64,000 bases of DNA from Parcubacteria group bacterium. Lineage in GTDB: Bacteria > Patescibacteriota > Patescibacteriia > UBA2169. The stretch spans positions 157,062 to 221,061 of the forward strand of contig JACOYR010000001.1 of assembly GCA_016181765.1 (NCBI GenBank), given 5' to 3'. Shown in pieces: positions 9,889-18,418 of this stretch (position 1 is its first letter; each line of letters begins with the position of its first letter). Both the position numbers and the translations under genes were made by a program. A model generated the notes under the pieces. The model did not search any database and was not told the origin of the DNA. It worked only from the letters and a program-made list of their open reading frames with translations.

Positions 9889-10640
9889 ATACTCTTATTC
9901 ATGCGATTAATAAGCGCTACCTTCCTGCCTGACTGCAGCACTAGTATTCCCAAAAAGCCAATTGCATACATCCAGACAAAGATATCAATCCGGCCGAGAA
10001 GGGTAAAAACAAGCAGTGGTAGAACCATGCCAACCGAACTGAATATATTCCGGTTGACAATCCAATATGCCCAGCGGCTGAAAGACATTTTATTCGGGAC
10101 GGACTGCGCTGACGTGGCCCATGATTCAGATGCTTGTAAGGACATCAATCCATCCATTCTCACCTGTAAAAATCGGGTCAACAGCTTTGCCAATGTTCCA
10201 ACAAATCCGACAGCGAAGATGATTATATCCTGCGTTGCAATATACACGCCAATAGCAAGCGGCGCGAGCAGGAAAGCGTATTGCACGTCATGGCTGAACG
10301 GCTCCACAAACGCACTCCCCGCAAAGCCGGTATTTTTGCGCCAGCGAGCCACCTCCCCATCACAGGCATCTAGAATAATGGAACCATACACCAAACCAAC
10401 GCCGATCAATTGTTCCCGCAAACCGGAAAAAACAAACATCGAGATGCCCGCAAGATACACCAGAACGCCGATTACAGTAATCATGTTCGGCGTAATGGGG
10501 GTCGGGATAAGCAGCCGGGTGACGTAAATGGAAAAAAAACGGATTGTTCTTGCAACAAAGGTTTCGCGCGCCCCTTCTGGAGCTGTTTTTTGCAGCCGCT
10601 CGCGCAAATCGCGTATGTTAATTTTAGGCAATGTATTCAT
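9885..10640 (-). CDS. CDP-alcohol phosphotransferase family protein
   Basis: ITPNMIT and LDACDGEVAR motif in a multi-TM protein; the second half of the family motif is degenerate (GSAFVEPFSHD). Confidence 0.85.
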   Translation of the reverse strand: MNTLPKINIRDLRERLQKTAPEGARETFVARTIRFFSIYVTRLLIPTPITPNMITVIGVLVYLAGISMFVFSGLREQLIGVGLVYGSIILDACDGEVARWRKNTGFAGSAFVEPFSHDVQYAFLLAPLAIGVYIATQDIIIFAVGFVGTLAKLLTRFLQVRMDGLMSLQASESWATSAQSVPNKMSFSRWAYWIVNRNIFSSVGMVLPLLVFTLLGRIDIFVWMYAIGFLGILVLQSGRKVALINRMNKSI

Positions 10641-11556
10641 AAAAATCTTGTTTTGAGACAGTAAAATTTTTGTAGCTGGAATAAAGATTATTCATTAAAA
10701 ATCTAAAATATCGCATTGTATTTTTCTTTAGAGATGCCATATAAAAGACATCAAATAAATGGCTGGCATACGCAAACATAATTGTTTTATATAATGCTTC
10801 ATATTCAAGGGCCGTAAGTTTTCGTACGCTTTTATACCCCCTATAAATATCTCTTGCGTATGTAAGATTCATCTTTTTATCGTACAGACCAAACCACATC
10901 ATCGTTTTTGCCAAATCAAGGACTAGCGGGCCAATATACGAATTATCAAAATCAATAATACCGTTCAGCCTTCCTTTGTAAAACAATACATTTTCCGGCT
11001 TTATATCAACATGAATTCCGCCGTTTGGCAGGCTTAAACTTAATCTGTATCTGATAATATCATCTTTGATTTCCTGAAATCTTCCCTTTAAAGGAATTCT
11101 GCTTTTAGCAACTGTCCGGGAGAATAAATTTATTTTGTTGCTCGTAAAGTTATAGTATTCATTTCTTTTACCCGACCATTTAAAATCCTTGGTCCTGCTG
11201 TGGATTTCGGCTAAGGTTTTACCTACATCTTTTCTTTGATTTAAAGTAATACTCTTTAAACTCTCTCCTGGAATATATTTATAAATAATTGCCGGGTACA
11301 AACCAACCTTAATAATCTCTTTGCCGCGTACAGGAACAATCTCCGGTACGGGCAACCCCGTAAGGCGCCCCAGTAGGGAAGTTTCAAAAGCAATCTCTTT
11401 TTCCTTTTTGTATCGGTATATTCTTAGTACATATTCCCCCTGTCCAGTTTTGACGTAATATGATTCATTAACTTGGCCGGACTTAAAACGCCTGATTTTT
11501 TTAACGTCTCCCAAATCCCAGCGCTTGCTTAAATTTTTAATTGAAGAGCTCATCAT
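10624..11556 (-). CDS. APH/type II homoserine kinase-family phosphotransferase
   Basis: GQVNESY, YVLRIY, catalytic IHVDIKPENVLF, IIDFD, LDLA. Confidence 0.85.
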   Translation of the reverse strand: MMSSSIKNLSKRWDLGDVKKIRRFKSGQVNESYYVKTGQGEYVLRIYRYKKEKEIAFETSLLGRLTGLPVPEIVPVRGKEIIKVGLYPAIIYKYIPGESLKSITLNQRKDVGKTLAEIHSRTKDFKWSGKRNEYYNFTSNKINLFSRTVAKSRIPLKGRFQEIKDDIIRYRLSLSLPNGGIHVDIKPENVLFYKGRLNGIIDFDNSYIGPLVLDLAKTMMWFGLYDKKMNLTYARDIYRGYKSVRKLTALEYEALYKTIMFAYASHLFDVFYMASLKKNTMRYFRFLMNNLYSSYKNFTVSKQDFYEYIA

Positions 11557-11560
11557 GCAA

Positions 11561-12583
11561 TTAAAATCTAATAACGCTTTTCAGTACTTTCCTGGTTTTA
11601 CCGGCGGCAAGAGCGTCCTCGATTTTTTCAAGCGGATAGACGTGATTTTTATCAAGGTAATCCCAGGCGTTTAATCTTTTATTTTTAATAAAATGAATAA
11701 TAGCATCGTGCGCTGAACCCTCGTCATAGGTGCGGCCATCGTAATAATTGAAATCTCCTTGCACTTGGGCTATGTCTATTTTGTAATCCAGATACTCATC
11801 CAAGCCATATACCCCTATTCTCCCGGATTTTTTGAGTAAAGGGAGTACATGGTTCAAAGTTTTGCTTTTGCCAACAGCATCAATAATGATATCTGCTCCA
11901 GAGTTCAATTCCGATGCGATGGCGCGAACATAGTCCGTGTCTTGGTAAGAAATGTACAGCTTTGTGTTTGCCTTGCTAAATAACTCTTTCCTGCCAGGAC
12001 TGCCGACTACGACTGGAATTAAACCAAGATTGCGAGCATGGTCTGCAAAAGCAAACGCAGTTGCTCCAGAACCGATGATTAAAACGACTTGTCCGGCTTT
12101 GGGTTCAATTCTCTTTAGGAACGAAAAGGTTTCGCGCCAGGTAATAATCATAGTTGACTCAATCGGGTCAAAACCAGCCGGCAAAACGCGGTGAATTGTT
12201 GATGCATGCCACAGAGACGCGTCCAGGCCGTCGTCGCGCATAGCTTGCCAGTCGGTAGCAATGCTCTTTTCGGCAAAAGCGCCCCACTGCATTTCATATC
12301 CGCTATCGCGAGGCAAACGATTGATTATCCGCGTTATAACATCACCTTTTTTAAAATTTTTGACTTTTTTCCCCCGTTCTATCACCTTACCTATACCCTC
12401 ATGCCCTAAAATTACCGGGTACCTAACATTATGATAGGGATCATTATGAACGATATGGAAATCAGTGGCGCCGCACACCGAAGCCGCCAGTGTTTCGCAC
12501 AAAACATCATAATCTCCGACAACCGGATCTGGCACGTCCTTGACAACAACTTCGCCTGGGGATTGTACAACTACGGCTTTCAT
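11561..12583 (-). CDS. Medium-chain (Zn-type) dehydrogenase/reductase
   Basis: MKAVVV, VCGATD, YPVILGHEG, Rossmann IIGSGA, IIDAVG; no 4-Cys structural-zinc lobe. Confidence 0.85.
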   Translation of the reverse strand: MKAVVVQSPGEVVVKDVPDPVVGDYDVLCETLAASVCGATDFHIVHNDPYHNVRYPVILGHEGIGKVIERGKKVKNFKKGDVITRIINRLPRDSGYEMQWGAFAEKSIATDWQAMRDDGLDASLWHASTIHRVLPAGFDPIESTMIITWRETFSFLKRIEPKAGQVVLIIGSGATAFAFADHARNLGLIPVVVGSPGRKELFSKANTKLYISYQDTDYVRAIASELNSGADIIIDAVGKSKTLNHVLPLLKKSGRIGVYGLDEYLDYKIDIAQVQGDFNYYDGRTYDEGSAHDAIIHFIKNKRLNAWDYLDKNHVYPLEKIEDALAAGKTRKVLKSVIRF

Positions 12584-13707
12584 ATAAAATCCATTATCAT
12601 TCGCGCGCGGCTATCCCAGGTATACTGCTTGACTGATTCGCGCGCCGCGCGCGGCAAATGTTTAATCTGATCCGGGTTGCGCATAACTCGATTAACTGAA
12701 CGGGCGAGATCATCCGGACTATCCGGCTCGCATAACAGCGCATTTTTATTGTGTGCTAAATACGGGGTAAAACTGGCGATACTACTGGCTACAATAGGCA
12801 CTCCAGACGCCATGTACTCAAACAGCTTAATGGGTGTGGTGTACTTCTGCGAGCGCTCCTCGTGCGCGGTATTAGGGAGTAGGAGCACATCAGCTGATTT
12901 TATAAATCGTATCACCTCCTTATGCGGCGTGAATGAGCGGAGGTACGTATTTGAAATACTGCATTCTTTGACGTACTGCGCTACTTTCGCGTAATCCTCT
13001 TTGGTGCCCCCTATCAAGACCACGGCAGCGCGAATGTCCTTGGCCGCATCCACAATCGTGTACACCCCTTTCCAACTATAGAAATGGCCAACGTACAGCG
13101 CGACCGGCATTCCAGGTTTGATTCCAAACTCCCGGTTCCAGAGTGATGCGTCCCGACTCACCGCATCGAACTCCGCGATATCAACACCATTCGGAGCACA
13201 TACGTACGATGCTTCTGGAATATCCATTGCGCGGTACTCATCAACCAACCCCCTTGCAACCACTACTTTTTTAGGGATGCGCTTTAAAAAAAACTCGTAC
13301 AATTCCTTAAATCGACTTTTCGGCTGATGATCTTCATATACAATCTGCTTCCCGGCGAGCGCCAGGAGAAAACTTGCAGTAATGTCGCGAGAGTATACGG
13401 TTCCGCGCCAGAACAGGCCGCAGAAAAACGCAACAAGCGCAAACCATACTCGCTGAAGCGGAAAATAGAGCGATTCACTTACGTACTGCAAAAGGCGGAC
13501 AACATCCGGCACGCGCGCGATGCTCATCAATCCGTCCTGAATATTGTAAAAATCCGCGATATTTGTTTTTATGTGGTTCTTCCGGCTCGGAATCAATAAT
13601 CTGACCGTACACCCTGCCCGCACGAGGGCTTCGATGGTTTTCGCAATCTGCAGACCATGCGCCTTTTCCGTGGGCATCCGCGAATTAGTGATATAGAGCA
13701 GGCGCAT
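12580..13707 (-). CDS. Glycosyltransferase family 4
   Basis: MRLLYITNSRMPTEKAHGLQI, APNGVD, YVGHFYSWKGV, PIKLFEYMASGVPIV; start moved to the ATG at 13707. Confidence 0.9.
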   Translation of the reverse strand: MRLLYITNSRMPTEKAHGLQIAKTIEALVRAGCTVRLLIPSRKNHIKTNIADFYNIQDGLMSIARVPDVVRLLQYVSESLYFPLQRVWFALVAFFCGLFWRGTVYSRDITASFLLALAGKQIVYEDHQPKSRFKELYEFFLKRIPKKVVVARGLVDEYRAMDIPEASYVCAPNGVDIAEFDAVSRDASLWNREFGIKPGMPVALYVGHFYSWKGVYTIVDAAKDIRAAVVLIGGTKEDYAKVAQYVKECSISNTYLRSFTPHKEVIRFIKSADVLLLPNTAHEERSQKYTTPIKLFEYMASGVPIVASSIASFTPYLAHNKNALLCEPDSPDDLARSVNRVMRNPDQIKHLPRAARESVKQYTWDSRARMIMDFI

Positions 13708-13715
13708 ACGACCCC

Positions 13716-13970
13716 TTACTGCGGCCACTTGTTGATGACATCCACAGCCCGCTTTTTAATTTTCATATATATATCTTCGGACTTCCTTTCTAATTCAGGT
13801 GATATGAGGCGCAAAATTTCCTTGCCCATAATACGATACTGTCCGCCGACCTTGTTGGCACGTAAAATTCCCCGTTTTAGTAGGCGTTTTACCGTACTTT
13901 CGCTAATCTTAAGCAAATCCTGGGCCTCCTGGGTCGTATAAACCGCATTTTCTTTGATTTCTTGAACCAT
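13716..13970 (-). CDS. Small HTH_17 (excisionase/BldC-like) DNA-binding protein
   Basis: YTTQEAQDLLKISESTVKRLLKRGILRANKVGGQYRI matches the winged-HTH Xis/MerR-like pattern. Confidence 0.85.
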   Translation of the reverse strand: MVQEIKENAVYTTQEAQDLLKISESTVKRLLKRGILRANKVGGQYRIMGKEILRLISPELERKSEDIYMKIKKRAVDVINKWPQ

Positions 13971-13997
13971 ATTGTGGATAACTATAGTGATATACCA

Positions 13998-14034
13998 ATA
14001 CTACCAAAAGTGTCAAAAAGTGTCAAAAGGTGTC
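13998..14034 (-). promoter_or_regulatory. Sigma70 promoter (TTGACA-N17-TAGTAT, extended TG) overlaid by three 10-bp direct repeats
   Basis: Plus strand caaaagtgtc/aaaaagtgtc/aaaaggtgtc at 14005-14034; minus-strand -35 at 14021-14026 and -10 at 13998-14003. Confidence 0.7.
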
Positions 14035-14090
14035 ATTGTTAATAAAAAATATCAAACAAAAAACCAATTATACTTAGTGTCCAGACAGCC

Positions 14091-14738
14091 CTATTGCCGA
14101 CACTCTTTTTCGATATCCACAGCTATGTCTTCCGGAGTTAATTTTTCCGCAAAAGACCCCTCCATCTCAAGCATTACCCGGGGAAAATCTTTTGAAAGGC
14201 CCTTTCCTGTGGCATTTGGGGAATATTGGGTTACCATAATTCCCCTATATTTAAGCTCAAGCCCAAGCGCCTCGCACAACCCAACCAAAGCATGCTTTGC
14301 CGTAAGATATGGGCCCAGACGCGGCATGGAATGGTTCGTAATTGCCGAACCTAATACAAAAATTCGGCGCAATGGGTGCTTGTGGGCAAGCAAGGCCTGC
14401 GCGACATGCCACAATCCTTTTACCTGTGTCTGCCAGTGCGCCTCATAATCCTCCCAACTCTCTTGAGAAAACTTTTTAAACTCAATCGGAGCGGCAACCG
14501 AGTATACGACATTATTAACCGGATCGCAGTCCGACAATACTGAATCAACGGCATCTGGGTCGGTTACATCAAGCGTCATAACCGATCCAACAATGCCTTT
14601 TGGCGGGCGGTACTCCCCTACCCCTGAATGTGTAAGCACCAAACTATGGCCTGTCTTAAAAAGGCGCTCACTGATAACTTTCCCAAAGGAGCTGGACGCG
14701 CCTATGATGAGCGTGGTTTGTATACTATTATCCGCCAT
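14091..14738 (-). CDS. Short-chain dehydrogenase/reductase (ketoreductase-like)
   Basis: IIGASSSFG Rossmann motif, LDVTD, catalytic YLTAK (YxxxK). Confidence 0.85.
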   Translation of the reverse strand: MADNSIQTTLIIGASSSFGKVISERLFKTGHSLVLTHSGVGEYRPPKGIVGSVMTLDVTDPDAVDSVLSDCDPVNNVVYSVAAPIEFKKFSQESWEDYEAHWQTQVKGLWHVAQALLAHKHPLRRIFVLGSAITNHSMPRLGPYLTAKHALVGLCEALGLELKYRGIMVTQYSPNATGKGLSKDFPRVMLEMEGSFAEKLTPEDIAVDIEKECRQ

Positions 14739-15150
14739 AATGTCTATCACCTACTTTTGCCTCTCCTAAAACTGCGATTTCGCCCTGCGCATTGGTAATG
14801 GTAGTTTTAATCCGCAGCAGGGACACGGATTCAAGTTTTTCGGTTATCTCCCCGGCGACCGTAACTACATCTCCGACCAACACCGGCTTCCGGAATTCGG
14901 CGGTTTGCGAAAGGTACATATTATCATTCCCCAAAAAATACATGCCCACGAGCCGGGAAAATAAAGAAGCAAGAAGCATACCATGCGCCACGCAATCATC
15001 AAATCCCTTTTCCTGTGCAAAAACGCGGTCAGCATGCAGAAGATTCTTGTCGCCGGTAAGCGACGCAAAATCCGTTACCATGCCCCGCGTTATAGTAATG
15101 TTAAATGATTCCCGGTCGCCGACGTTACTATTGCCCCAATTAGCACTCAT
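14728..15150 (-). CDS. MaoC-family (R)-specific dehydratase
   Basis: FASLTGDKNLLH, VAHGMLLASLFS, FRKPVLVGD; start moved to the ATG at 15150. Confidence 0.9.
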   Translation of the reverse strand: MSANWGNSNVGDRESFNITITRGMVTDFASLTGDKNLLHADRVFAQEKGFDDCVAHGMLLASLFSRLVGMYFLGNDNMYLSQTAEFRKPVLVGDVVTVAGEITEKLESVSLLRIKTTITNAQGEIAVLGEAKVGDRHYGG

Positions 15151-15379
15151 ACTCAACAGCGTATTTATCAAGCGCCGCTTTAATGTCTGCGACCTTTTTA
15201 ACGGAAACAACTTCGTCAATAGTAAACGTAACCCCATAAGATTTTTCAAGCTCTGCCACAATCATGAGTCCGTTAAACGAATCCCAGCTCGGCGTGTTAT
15301 CTACAGATGTTTCTTCTGTAATGTCCTCTGCGGAGATGCCGAGAATCTCCGACAAAATCAGATATAATTTTTTATTCAT
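15140..15379 (-). CDS. Acyl carrier protein
   Basis: 79 aa acidic protein with phosphopantetheine site WDSFNGLMIVAELE; start at 15379. Confidence 0.9.
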   Translation of the reverse strand: MNKKLYLILSEILGISAEDITEETSVDNTPSWDSFNGLMIVAELEKSYGVTFTIDEVVSVKKVADIKAALDKYAVEYEC

Positions 15380-16854
15380 AAGGCGCAACCGATGTGCTAA
15401 TAAAATCCAGCGGCTCAAACGTAAAATCACTTAAATCGTGTTCCCAGATGTCTTCCTCTCCGGATGCGCCTGCTTGTGCTACAAACCCGAAATCTCGGTA
15501 AAAGTCACGGACCTGGCTATTTTTCCGGGTTGGCAGATATTTCCCAACCACCTTTTTTGCCGCAATCTCTTTAAGCTGGTTCAAGACCGTCCCAAAAAAC
15601 TGGCACTCTATCCTCTTTCCTAGAATTCTACACGAAAGCAGCAAAGTGTCTATCTCCCAGCACCTCTTCTTGGTACCGGCGCGTGGTAAGATTGAACTGG
15701 TTAGTTTTTTGGGTAAGCTGCGAAGCGCGGGCAACATGTTCGTCGAGGATCGGGTGGATGTTAATGCGCATCCGGAGCCCCCGCAAAAAACTTTCAAGGT
15801 CAATAGATTTCTCTTTAAGCTTTCTCCTTTTTTTTTCGTCGGCATACATATGCGCTTTTTTGCGGTCCTCGTCTGTAATGCTGAACCGTGTGAATCCTTT
15901 ATACGAACGCAGCGCAGACACGTACTCCCGCGGATCGCGCGGAAGATCAATCACCGCCATCTCGGGAAGCGCGGACGCAACCAGTTCCCGATTGCGCGGA
16001 TCATCGTCAATAAACACCATGCTCTCAAGGCCGATGTTCAGCTCCTGCGCCAGCTCCTGCATGTTCTGCGCCTTGTTGCTCCAGTTAATGCGGGCTGCCG
16101 CAAAATCGTCTTCCGTAAGCAGCATATGCCTATGCTTCGCAAACACCTCCGCAACGTCGGCTTCGTTATTCCTGCTGTTGATGGCCAATATAATGCCGCT
16201 CTCCTGTAATTGCTTAATGGCACGCTGGAATTCGTAAAAAGGCGATCCCGCGCCACTCGGCGAAAGCGCGATGCCGGAGAGCCCATCTTCTCCGATAACA
16301 CCTCCCCAGAGCGTATTATCCAAATCCAGCACCAGACACTTTTTTGTTTTCCCGGCAAGCGGCACCAGATATGCGACAAGCTCGTTTGCAAAAAGCTCAA
16401 ACGCATGCGGCGCGAGCCGCATATCGGCAAGCTCGCGGTACTTTGTGTTCCAGTAGGCGTCCTTACCGAGAGACGCAATCCAACGGTTGAAATCAAAAAC
16501 ATGCACCTGCGTATTGTTTTTAAACCGGCGCACAAGCTCCTCGTTTACCGCTGTATCTGCCGCAGATTCGTCAACTTTGGTGCATACAATTATTTTTGCC
16601 GAAGTTTTAAAGCACAGCTGGTCAATCAGGGATATTTGGCTCACGGCATCCTCAAAATCCACTACCAGATAAATAATATCCAGTTTAAACGCGTACAACT
16701 CCTCTCCTAAAATTTCCTGCTGCCACTGCCCATACTCCCCGAGGTACGCCTGGATTGGGATGCCATAACGCGCGGCCTGTTGGCGCAGCTTTTCTTCCAC
16801 CCCTTTAACGGTGAAATTAGAAAGCAACGCTGCATGGTATGTTGTTTTATGCAT
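15372..16854 (-). pseudogene. fkbH: FkbH-like HAD-IIIC glyceryl transferase/phosphatase, split by an internal deletion and frameshift near 15660
   Basis: KCLVLDLDNTLWGGVIGEDG, FIDDDPRNR, KTNQFNLTTRRY in one frame; WEIDTLLLSCRILGK..KNSQVRDFY continues in another frame; the usual DRFGDxG segment is missing. Confidence 0.8.
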
Positions 16855-17182
16855 AGCGCGCCGCAACCGCAACCGCGGTTTCGTCGGTGTGGCTAATGCT
16901 TATATAGAAGTGTTTGCTCGTCTCCCCGTCGATGCAGGCACGGGGCGTGCCGTCCTTTTGGTGCGCAACGGAAATGCGGTCAAACCTGCCGACCAGATCC
17001 CCGCCCGCAGCTTTCATAAGCGCTTCTTTCGCGGCGTACAACCCGGCCAAACTCGCGGACGGATTCGGGCGGTTGAATGCGTATTCCCATTCCTCGTGCG
17101 TAAAAAACTTTTTCCAATGCGGAAAATCACCCTGCGCAAGCTTGATAAAACGGCGGACAGCAATAATGTCAATTCCTATCAT
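16847..17182 (-). CDS. acpS: Holo-ACP synthase (4'-phosphopantetheinyl transferase)
   Basis: MIGIDII, YAAKEALMKA, GTP, ISISHT. Confidence 0.9.
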   Translation of the reverse strand: MIGIDIIAVRRFIKLAQGDFPHWKKFFTHEEWEYAFNRPNPSASLAGLYAAKEALMKAAGGDLVGRFDRISVAHQKDGTPRACIDGETSKHFYISISHTDETAVAVAARYA

Positions 17183-17218
17183 ATGCAGTTCTATTTAAAA
17201 TATAACACACTGCGCCAA

Positions 17219-18409
17219 TCAGTCCAGCGCGGCCTCCCAATACATTTCAGCGGGCGTGGTGCGCGGATCCTCCAACACATTCGTAAGCCGGGCGCGCAGG
17301 GATGCGCAATCTTCAAATATGTCCCCGCTGCACAATGCATCGAGTATGTGCGTAAACAAAATGGATATGCCCGTCTCGGTTGCATGGAACCCGTCCAGCA
17401 TGTAAGTATCTTCAAGCCCCCATGCGCTGATGTCCGAAAAATCGAAAAACGGGAATCCGCGCTTCGTAAAAACCGGCGGAATTTGTTCCGAGAAAGCGCT
17501 TGCAAACGGAGCATAATGCGAATGTATAATCGCCTGGTATGCGTCGCTCGCAAACGGACCCGCAACTCCAATAACCGTTATGCCGCGCTTTTGGGCTTTT
17601 TCCAGAAACTCATCCAGCAACGCAACGCCGCGCTCATCAAAAGAGCTTTCAAGCTCAAAAGGCGGGTATCCGTTTTCCGCGCGCTCCACCACGGGGTTGG
17701 TTTCCCGGTCAACATATGAGGGATCCTCACGCATCATGCGCACATAGGTGCCGTACTGCCGGCTCCCGTCCCGCCTGAATCCGTCGCCGTTCTCAATAGC
17801 CGCAATGCCGATTGCGTGATTATTGGTAAGTGGATCCTTTCTGGTAAATACCGCAGCCACATAAGAAGGGTCTTTCAATAACGCAGTAAACAAATGCCGG
17901 CTTGCGTAGAGGTAGGAACGCCAATTGTATGCCTCTTCCCCTCTCACATGCTCTCTTGCAAACGCCCGCGTCTCAATGCGGGAGCTGTCAAACCACCACA
18001 TGTCCACCCCCAGGATAATAATATCCGGCGCATCTTCTTCTTTAAGAATATCAATAAAATCAATTAGATCCCTGAGGCTGATAAGCATATTGCCTGCATT
18101 ATAAAAAATATACGCGCCGCCAAACACCTCCTGTCGCAGTTCCAAAACACGGGAGGAACCAAGCGCAAGAACATCAACATCCTGCTGCTGTACATTGAAA
18201 TACTTGTACTTTGCGGTTTCTTCGGAAACAACCCGCCGCGCGAACAAATATTCCTCGGGCCGCGCCTGTTTGTCTACAACACTCTGCAATGTAGTAACTT
18301 CACCGGAGGCAATTGCCAAAAAAATTCCAAAACCCACCAGAGCAAAAACCGGGGCAAAAAACAATGCCATGGTTTTAAGGAACGCTCGGATATCTACAGT
18401 GTATTGCAT
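17219..18409 (-). CDS. Extracytoplasmic SGNH-fold (DltD/AlgJ-like) acyltransferase
   Basis: N-terminal TM, block I LGSSR, YNAG, C-terminal DGFH (DxxH); directly downstream of the MBOAT. Confidence 0.7.
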   Translation of the reverse strand: MQYTVDIRAFLKTMALFFAPVFALVGFGIFLAIASGEVTTLQSVVDKQARPEEYLFARRVVSEETAKYKYFNVQQQDVDVLALGSSRVLELRQEVFGGAYIFYNAGNMLISLRDLIDFIDILKEEDAPDIIILGVDMWWFDSSRIETRAFAREHVRGEEAYNWRSYLYASRHLFTALLKDPSYVAAVFTRKDPLTNNHAIGIAAIENGDGFRRDGSRQYGTYVRMMREDPSYVDRETNPVVERAENGYPPFELESSFDERGVALLDEFLEKAQKRGITVIGVAGPFASDAYQAIIHSHYAPFASAFSEQIPPVFTKRGFPFFDFSDISAWGLEDTYMLDGFHATETGISILFTHILDALCSGDIFEDCASLRARLTNVLEDPRTTPAEMYWEAALD

Positions 18410-18418
18410 ATATATATC

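Noticed and set aside
13716-13970. Prophage or ICE excisionase marking a mobile element
   Set aside because: No integrase, transposase or att-like repeats were found nearby.
14005-14034. CRISPR array or iterons
   Set aside because: Only three abutting 10-mers, with no spacers and no cas or rep genes; no CRISPR array was seen anywhere in the window.
14091-17182. PKS or fatty-acid synthesis cluster
   Set aside because: No ketosynthase or acyltransferase; coupled instead to MBOAT/SGNH.
16811-17719. 302-aa plus-strand ORF
   Set aside because: Antisense to acpS and the SGNH gene; no recognisable motifs.
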